A stretch of 13,145 nucleotides of DNA, from contig JAYWEM010000035.1 in NCBI GenBank assembly GCA_043779265.1, positions 1 to 13,145 of the forward strand, read 5' to 3'. Each line of letters starts with the position of its first letter. Position 1 is the first letter of the stretch. The stretch comes from a bacterium. Its GTDB lineage: Bacteria > Eisenbacteria > RBG-16-71-46. Both the position numbers and the translations under genes were made by a program. The notes below the pieces were generated by a model that had not been told where the DNA came from, did no database searches, and was given only the letters and a program-made list of their open reading frames with translations. Positions 7,704 to 13,145 of this stretch are shown in pieces.

Positions 7704-8612
7704 TCACAACCCGAAGCGCTCGCCCTCTCTCGCCACGCGCAGGCCCTCCGCCTCGATGCGGCGGCGTGCCACCGAGCGCTCCTGCAGCGCCGGGTTCGTG
7801 TGATTCAGATGGATGAATCGCACGCGCTGGCGCAGGTCCTGGGTGAACGTGTGGAACCGGGCGAGGCTCTCGAGCATGGTCGGGTGCGGGATCTCACGCA
7901 GGTCGCGCCCCGGCAGTTCGGAGCCATCGAAGAACGTGCCGTCGAGGTAGGCCACATCGCTCGTGCGCACGAGATCCTCGATCGGACGATTCCAGCGCTC
8001 CCACTTGTCGATGTCGGGAAGGAACACGGCGCTCTTCGAGGGCCCCTCGATCCGGAAGCCCACCGTCTCGGAGAGCTCGTCTCGGTGCGGCACCCGGAAC
8101 GCCGTCACGTGCACGCGCTCGGAGAGCGCGATCGTCGAGTCGGCGGTGAGCGGCTGCAGTGCGATGTTGCCTAGGCTGACGAGTTGGCTCCACGGGCCGT
8201 TCGATGCGAGGTAGTCGCGCATCCGCGGCATGGCGTGGACGCGGACTCCCTTGGCTCCCATCACCTCGCGGCCCAGGTGCATGAGGCCGGTGTAGTGGCC
8301 GATGTGAGCGTGGGTCAGCAGCACACCGGCGAGCGTGCAGGCCGGCGCCTCGGCCCGCATGCGCTGCATCTGCAGCGCGATGTCGGGGGTGGCGTCGAAC
8401 AGCCACCAGCGCTTGGCCGCCTCATCCACCACGGCGAGGCTCGAGACGAGTTGGCGCGCACCGGTCGTGCAGCAGAGCTTGACGCAGCCGGCGTGCGGCA
8501 CGCCGCCATCCTGTGCAATGCCGAGCACGACGATGCGCACAGGCGAGGTGGTGGCATCGGCCCGCGAGGACACGAGCAGCAGGCTGACGATGAGCGCGGC
8601 GAGGAAACGCAT
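7704..8612 (-). CDS. Exported metallo-beta-lactamase-fold hydrolase, PqqB/PhnP-like, 302 aa
   Basis: Signal peptide MRFLAALIVSLLLVSSRADA; VLGIAQDGGVPHAGC...CC, LFDATPD, LLTHAHIGHYTGL, VPHRDE.SETVGF, FLPDIDKW, YLDGTFF, FIHLNHTNP. ORF-track start 9029 overlaps the divergent gene and was not used. Confidence 0.88.
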   Translation of the reverse strand: MRFLAALIVSLLLVSSRADATTSPVRIVVLGIAQDGGVPHAGCVKLCCTTGARQLVSSLAVVDEAAKRWWLFDATPDIALQMQRMRAEAPACTLAGVLLTHAHIGHYTGLMHLGREVMGAKGVRVHAMPRMRDYLASNGPWSQLVSLGNIALQPLTADSTIALSERVHVTAFRVPHRDELSETVGFRIEGPSKSAVFLPDIDKWERWNRPIEDLVRTSDVAYLDGTFFDGSELPGRDLREIPHPTMLESLARFHTFTQDLRQRVRFIHLNHTNPALQERSVARRRIEAEGLRVAREGERFGL

Positions 8613-8712
8613 GGCGTGCACGCTAACGTGCGCGGCTCGCCTCGCGCCAACGCGTCGCCGTTCGGCACACTCCGGTTTGCGCCCGAGCACGAGCGCCGCC
8701 AGATTGCGGGCC
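8613..8712. promoter_or_regulatory. Divergent promoter region with two putative leaderless promoters
   Basis: Minus: TTGGCG (8650-8645), 19 nt, TAGCGT (8625-8620), 7 nt, ATG 8612. Plus: TTGCGC (8677-8682), 17 nt, CAGATT (8700-8705), 7 nt, ATG 8713. Neither gene has an SD. Confidence 0.5.
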
Positions 8713-9780
8713 ATGCGACGCCTTTCGTGCCTCCTCGCCCTCTGCCTCACGCTGACCTCCGGCTGCTCCGCTTTCGTGCCCAACTCGCGCGACGAGTTGA
8801 TCGGCCGCTGGGAGGGTTCGGCGCTCTTCCGCAGCGCCACCACTTCCATGGTACTCATTGTCGGGCGATCGGCCGATTCCTCTCTGGTGGCGCACCTCTC
8901 GGCGCCCGAGTGGTTGGTGCTCGAGGAGGCGGTGGACTCGCTCGTGTGGGAGGCGCCGCGGGTGCGGTTCTCGCTTCCCCGGCTCGATCCGCCACTTCGA
9001 TTCGAGGGGTTCGCCCGCGCCGGCCGCATCTCCGGGCGATTCGACTCACCCGCGTTCCCGCGGCTCGAGCGCGTCGAGTCTCAGGCGAAGGTGGCGCTTC
9101 GGCGAACGGCGTCGGTGCCGCCGATGACCTCGAGCGAACACGTCCGGCTGCAATCATCTCAAGGCGACATCAACGCGACGCTCCGCTACCCGGCCGACTT
9201 GCTCACGCACCCTGCTCTCGTGCTGCTCGCCGTTCACTCGAGCACGATGCAGCGGCACCAGCAGGCACTGGCGGACACGTTCGCCCGCGCCGGATGGGTG
9301 ACGCTCGTGGTCGATGCTCCCGTTGACGAGAGTGCAGCCAGTGCGACCGTCGCGCTTCGCTGGCTTGCGGCTCATCAGAGGGTCGACGGCCACGTCGGCG
9401 TGTGGGTCCACGCGAGCGCGCAGCAGATCGCAGCGAGCCTGCCGGTGGGAGCACCTCTCTCTTTCGTCGTATCGGTCTCGGGCGTGGCGGAGACGGGTTC
9501 GCGCGTTCCCACGCTCATGGTCCGAGGCGCGCGAGACGACTCGCGAACCGAAGCGAGCGTGGTCGAGACGAACCTGCCCCGTCATCACGTGTTCCCCGGT
9601 GCCGACCACGAACTCCGACTCCGAGTGCGCGGCGACGAGCCGTTCGAGTGGCCGCGTGTCGCACCCGGTTACATCGACACACTGCTCGCCTGGACCGGCC
9701 GCGTCGTGGGATTGGCGCCGCGCTCCGCTTGGCCGGACTCCGCGGTGCCCAAACTCGAACTGCGGCCAGGCTGGCGCTGA
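8713..9780 (+). CDS. Putative lipoprotein with N-terminal beta-rich domain and degenerate alpha/beta-hydrolase fold, 355 aa
   Basis: MRRLSCLLALCLTLTSGC lipoprotein-like signal. Hydrolase-order motifs INATLRYP, PALVLL, LADTFARAGWVTLVVD, ALRWLAAHQRVD, FVVSVSG, VPTLMVRGARD, VFPGADHEL, GYIDTLLAW. No GxSxG. Confidence 0.75.
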   Translation: MRRLSCLLALCLTLTSGCSAFVPNSRDELIGRWEGSALFRSATTSMVLIVGRSADSSLVAHLSAPEWLVLEEAVDSLVWEAPRVRFSLPRLDPPLRFEGFARAGRISGRFDSPAFPRLERVESQAKVALRRTASVPPMTSSEHVRLQSSQGDINATLRYPADLLTHPALVLLAVHSSTMQRHQQALADTFARAGWVTLVVDAPVDESAASATVALRWLAAHQRVDGHVGVWVHASAQQIAASLPVGAPLSFVVSVSGVAETGSRVPTLMVRGARDDSRTEASVVETNLPRHHVFPGADHELRLRVRGDEPFEWPRVAPGYIDTLLAWTGRVVGLAPRSAWPDSAVPKLELRPGWR

Positions 9781-9800
9781 GTCGCGCGCAGCGGGGCTCC

Positions 9801-10723
9801 TCAGTCGATCACCACGAATCGCCGCTGCACGGCCGCGCCGGCTGAACGCAGACGGGCGAAGTAGACACCGGGCGGAGTCGACACATCGCGTCGCCACTCG
9901 ATCGCGTGCTCGCCCGCCGCGTAGTGGTCGCGCGCCAGAATGGCGACTGGGCGGCCCTGTAGGTCGAGCACTTCCAGATGCACGTCGTCCGCCTGCGGCA
10001 ACGTGAATGCGAAGCGCGCGCGGCCGCGCACCGGATCGGGTGCGATGCGCGTCAGCGCCAGTCGCGATGTCGTCGGAGCCGAGGGCGCATCGAGCGTGGG
10101 TAGGTCGAGTGCGAACGTGATGCTGTCCGCGTACCCGTCGTTGTAGGTGCCGCTGAGGCGAAGGCACAGCAGGCGCAGGTCGGCCGATCGCGTGGCCGCC
10201 GACACCAGTCCCACGCGCTCGCGGCGCAGCAGACCGGCCCGATCGTGGCGCTGTCGAGCACCGCGCCCAAGGCGTCGCGGAAGATCACCCGAAGCTGCGC
10301 GTTGTCCCCCTGGGTCTGGAAGCCGCCCAAGTAGGCGGCGAGCCGGAACGAGCACGTGCCCGACTCGAGCATGAACGCCACGTGCGAGAGATCGAGCGAC
10401 TGATGCAGTTCGCTGCGTGCGTTCGAGGGCCCGCCCGAGAAGAACGACTCGCCTCGCTCCGCCGGACCCGGACTGGCGTAGGTGGGGAACCCGCTCGTCT
10501 CACTCCAGCTGACCACCGTGGAGTTGCCGAGCCGCACCCAGCCGGTGATGCCCGGCACGATCTCATGGCCCGTTGCGCTCGGGGCGTCGGATTCAGCGTT
10601 GCCATTGCGGAGGATGCTGGCGCTCCAGAGTGCGTGCGCGGGGGAAGTCGAAAGCAGGGTGGCCAGCAACGCGAGAGCGAGGAAGCTGGCGGGACAAGAG
10701 CGAGGCGGGCGCATAGTCGGCAT
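9801..10723 (-). pseudogene. Frameshifted secreted protein: signal peptide + beta-sandwich-like domain + C-terminal FlgD-Ig/T9SS type A-like domain
   Basis: 5' part in the frame of ORF 10052..10870 from ATG 10723 or 10714 (..FLALALLATLLSTSPAHA, ILRNGNAE, FFSGG, QSLDLS, AYLGGF, TIGPV). 3' part in the frame of ORF 9801..10355 (GLLRR.., YNDGYADSITF, IAPDPVRG..FAFTLP..VHLEVLDLQGRPVAIL..AGEHAIEW..PGVYFARL..RRFVVID). Span is 923 nt, not a multiple of 3; switch near 10232-10237. Could be an assembly error. Confidence 0.8.
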
Positions 10724-10819
10724 GGAGGAGCCCCTGTCGAGAGCGGTTCGGGCACGGCGGGGCCGGCCCAGAGCTGGCCCCACCCTCCATTGCGCGGGAG
10801 TGCACCCGGAACCGTCACG

Positions 10820-10846
10820 AGATGATCGAGGTACTTCGCCGTTTCC
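10820..10846 (-). promoter_or_regulatory. Possible ECF-sigma-type promoter of the frameshifted secreted protein gene
   Basis: Minus strand GGAAAC (10846-10841), 16 nt, CATCT (10824-10820), resembling the ECF AAC...CGT/TC arrangement. Confidence 0.3.
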
Positions 10847-10863
10847 ACTCGAGCCGCCGCGGA

Positions 10864-10892
10864 CTGACACGCGGCGCCTGCTCGATTACGCT
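10864..10892 (+). promoter_or_regulatory. Putative sigma70-type promoter of the BtpA-PfkB-psuG operon (near-leaderless)
   Basis: CTGACA (10864-10869), 17 nt, TACGCT (10887-10892), 9 nt, ATG 10902; no SD. Confidence 0.55.
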
Positions 10893-10901
10893 CACCGATC
10901 C

Positions 10902-11717
10902 ATGACCACTCCCTCGTTCGCTTCGTCCCTGCTCACCAAGCGCGCCCTGATCGGAATGATCCATGTGGGCGCGCTGCCCGGCACGCCCGCGGCTCGCGAG
11001 CCGCTTTCTGCTCTCATCGCGCGCGCGCGCGAAGAGGCGCAGCTCTACCGCGCCGCTGGATTCACCGCGCTCGCGATCGAGAACATGCACGATCGGCCGT
11101 ACCTCAAGGGTGCGGTCGGCCCCGAGATCGTGGCCGCGATGACAGCCGTGGGGCGCGCGGTGCGCGAGGCGGTCGATCTGCCGCTCGGCGTCCAGGTGCT
11201 GGCGGGCGCCAATCGCGAGGCACTCGCCGTCGCGCTCGCGTGTGACGCGGTGTTCGTGCGTGTCGAGGGGTTCGTGTTCGCGCATGTGGCGGACGAGGGC
11301 TGGATCGATGCCTCGGCAGGCGAGTTGCTTCGCTATCGCCGCGCCATCGGCGCCGAGCACGTTGCGGTGTTCGCCGATCTCAAGAAGAAGCACAGCGCGC
11401 ACGCGGTCACCGCGGACGTCTCGCTGGCCGAGACCGCCAAGGCGGCCGAGTTCTTCCTCGCCGATGGCGTGATCGTCACCGGAACCTCGACCGGCGAGCC
11501 CGCATCGCCGCAGGACGTGGCCGAGGTGCGCAACGCGACATCGCGGCCCGTGCTCGTCGGCTCGGGGCTCACGCCTCAGAACCTCGCGCAGTTGGCATCG
11601 GCGCATGCGTACCTGGTCGGCTCGTCGGTCAAGCAAGGCGGGCTGTGGTCGAACGGGCTCGAGCCCGCAGCCTGCGAGGCCGTAGCCAAGGCGTTCGCTG
11701 CACTGCCCAAGGCGTGA
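10902..11717 (+). CDS. BtpA/SgcQ-family TIM-barrel protein, 271 aa
   Basis: LIGMIHVGALPGTP, IENMHDRPY, LPLGVQVL, FVRVEGFVFAHVADEG, VFADLKKKH, ADGVIVTGTSTG, PVLVGSG.T..N, LVGSSVK. The ORF-track extension from 10482 overlaps the opposite-strand gene. Confidence 0.92.
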   Translation: MTTPSFASSLLTKRALIGMIHVGALPGTPAAREPLSALIARAREEAQLYRAAGFTALAIENMHDRPYLKGAVGPEIVAAMTAVGRAVREAVDLPLGVQVLAGANREALAVALACDAVFVRVEGFVFAHVADEGWIDASAGELLRYRRAIGAEHVAVFADLKKKHSAHAVTADVSLAETAKAAEFFLADGVIVTGTSTGEPASPQDVAEVRNATSRPVLVGSGLTPQNLAQLASAHAYLVGSSVKQGGLWSNGLEPAACEAVAKAFAALPKA

Positions 11718-11727
11718 AGGGCACCGC

Positions 11728-12645
11728 GTGAGCCCCGACCTGGTCCTCCTCGGCAACCTGCTGGTCGATGACCTGGTGTTCCAAGATGGTCGCACGCGCA
11801 TGGGGCAGCCGGGCGGCGCGATCCTCTACAGCTCGCTCGCGGCATCGCTGTGGGGCGCACGAGTGGGCGCGTGCAGCGTTGCGGGAGAGGACTATCCGGC
11901 CGAGGCGCTCGAAGTGCTGGCCTCGCGCGGCGTCGATCTCACCGGTCTCCGCCGGCTCGGCAGGCCGGGTCTGCACACGTGGCTCCTCTATGAGGGCCGC
12001 CTCCGCCGCGTCATTCATCAACTGAGCGGTCCGAGTCACGAGGAGGTTTCCCCCTCACCAGATGACCTCCCCTCGGGCTGGGCATCGGCTCGCGCGTTCC
12101 ATCTGGCGCCGATGCCGATGGCGACGCAGCGCGCGCTGCTCGAGCGATTCGAGGAGGCGAGCCCGACCGCGTTCGTCTCGATCGATCCGTATGTCCCGGT
12201 GACCGAAGCGAGCTTCGAGGCGTGGCGGGAGACGCTCGCGCATTGCGACGCGTTCTTCCCGAGCGAGGATGAACTGCTGCTCGAGGACGCAGCCACCGAC
12301 CCGCGCGTCTCACTGCCGAGGCTCGCGGCCGGCCGCCTGCGGTTCGTGGCGTTCAAGCGGGGGATCCAAGGCGGGCTCCTCTATGATGCGCACGAGAAGC
12401 GATTCCACGAATGGCAGCCGCGCACCGATGTCTCCATCGATCCGACGGGAGCGGGCGACTCGTTCGCGATGGGTTTCGTGACTGCGCACCTCGAGGGGCT
12501 GCCCGTAGCCGAGTGCCTCGAGCGCGCGGTCGTGACTGCGAGCTTCGCGATCGAGGCGTGGGGTGCCGAGGCGCTGTGGAGCGCGTCGCGGGTGGATGCC
12601 GAGGCCCGGAGTCGGCGCTGGAACACTGCGGAGGCGACGCGATGA
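11728..12645 (+). CDS. PfkB/ribokinase-family kinase, 305 aa; by context a candidate pseudouridine or other nucleoside kinase
   Basis: LGNLLVDD...PGGAILY N-terminal motif, FFPSEDE, VAFKRG..G, and C-terminal signature DPTGAGDSFAMGF. GTG start 10 nt after the upstream stop, with AAGGG SD. Confidence 0.9.
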   Translation: MSPDLVLLGNLLVDDLVFQDGRTRMGQPGGAILYSSLAASLWGARVGACSVAGEDYPAEALEVLASRGVDLTGLRRLGRPGLHTWLLYEGRLRRVIHQLSGPSHEEVSPSPDDLPSGWASARAFHLAPMPMATQRALLERFEEASPTAFVSIDPYVPVTEASFEAWRETLAHCDAFFPSEDELLLEDAATDPRVSLPRLAAGRLRFVAFKRGIQGGLLYDAHEKRFHEWQPRTDVSIDPTGAGDSFAMGFVTAHLEGLPVAECLERAVVTASFAIEAWGAEALWSASRVDAEARSRRWNTAEATR

Positions 12646-13145
12646 ACGAAGTACTGAGCATCTCCGAGGAGGTCGCGCGAGCGCTTCGCTCGAACCGGCC
12701 CGTCGTCGCGCTCGAGACCACGTTGGTCACGCACGGCCTGCCCCATCCGCAGGGACTCGAGTGCGCCGCGATGCTCGAGGCCGACGTCCGCGCGAACGGC
12801 GCCACCCCCGCCACGATTGGCATCGCCGATGGCCGAGTGCACGTCGGGCTGACTCCCGCGCAGCTCGCTTCTCTGGCGAGCGCCAAGGGCGTCGCCAAGC
12901 TGAACCTCTCGAACCTCGCGGCCGTACTCGCCGCCGGAACGCCGGGTTCGACCACCGTCGCCGCGACGATGTGGGCCGCCTCGCAGGCGGGCATCCGCGT
13001 GTTCGCCACGGGGGGCATCGGCGGCGTGCACCGAGGCACCGCCGAGACGGGTGACGTCAGCGCCGACATGACCGCGCTCGCCCGCTTCCCGGTGGCCGTC
13101 GTGTGCGCCGGGGCCAAAGCGATCCTCGATCTGCCGCGGACCGTT
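12642..13145 (+). CDS. psuG: Pseudouridine-5'-phosphate glycosidase (PsuG/IndA family), first 168 codons; truncated by window edge
   Basis: ATGA overlap with the kinase stop, SD GGAGG 12630-12634. Manual translation: MNEVLSISEEVARALRSNRPVVALETTLVTHGLPHP...GATPATIGIADGRVHVGL...STTVAATM...IRVFATGGIGGVHRG...DVSADM..LARFPVAVVCAGAKAILDLPRT. Confidence 0.95.
   Translation, partial: MNEVLSISEEVARALRSNRPVVALETTLVTHGLPHPQGLECAAMLEADVRANGATPATIGIADGRVHVGLTPAQLASLASAKGVAKLNLSNLAAVLAAGTPGSTTVAATMWAASQAGIRVFATGGIGGVHRGTAETGDVSADMTALARFPVAVVCAGAKAILDLPRTV

Noticed and set aside
3381..8174. Long opposite-strand ORFs (3381..4982, 5629..6840, 6792..8174)
   Set aside because: They are antisense shadows of well-supported genes, expected in high-GC DNA, with no recognisable motifs.
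7704..8612. Calling this gene pqqB / a PQQ biosynthesis cluster
   Set aside because: It has a signal peptide and an altered metal motif, and no pqqA-like ExxxY peptide or pqqC/D/E was seen in the window.
10225..10245. Programmed ribosomal frameshift in the secreted protein gene
   Set aside because: No slippery heptamer or homopolymer at the junction; a deletion or assembly error explains it better.
12353..13117. Minus-strand ORFs 12353..13117 and 12381..13031, and plus ORF 12563..13054
   Set aside because: Shadows of psuG, whose true frame starts at 12642 and is open to the window end.

Overview
GC-rich (~70% by eye) bacterial chromosomal window of metabolic and envelope genes. No rRNA, tRNA, CRISPR array, integrase or transposase was seen. 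Left to right: the 5' part of a TonB-dependent receptor (minus strand, runs off the left edge, absent from the ORF track); an uncharacterised lipoprotein with an apparent internal duplication; a UbiA/MqnP-UbiX-long UbiD operon typical of the late futalosine menaquinone pathway; on the minus strand a group II PLP decarboxylase, a PIG-L deacetylase and an exported PqqB-like metallo-beta-lactamase-fold protein; a lipoprotein with a degenerate alpha/beta-hydrolase fold; a frameshifted secreted protein with a FlgD-Ig/T9SS-type C-terminal domain; and a BtpA/SgcQ-PfkB kinase-psuG operon (psuG runs off the right edge, also absent from the ORF track). The best candidate for an undescribed system is the BtpA-PfkB-divergent PsuG operon, a possible C-nucleoside pathway. 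Other leads are the coupled deacetylase/decarboxylase pair, the frameshifted gene bracketed by a perfect 10-bp inverted repeat and preceded by a structured leader, and several apparently leaderless promoters. Family calls rest on motif recognition by eye; no searches were run.
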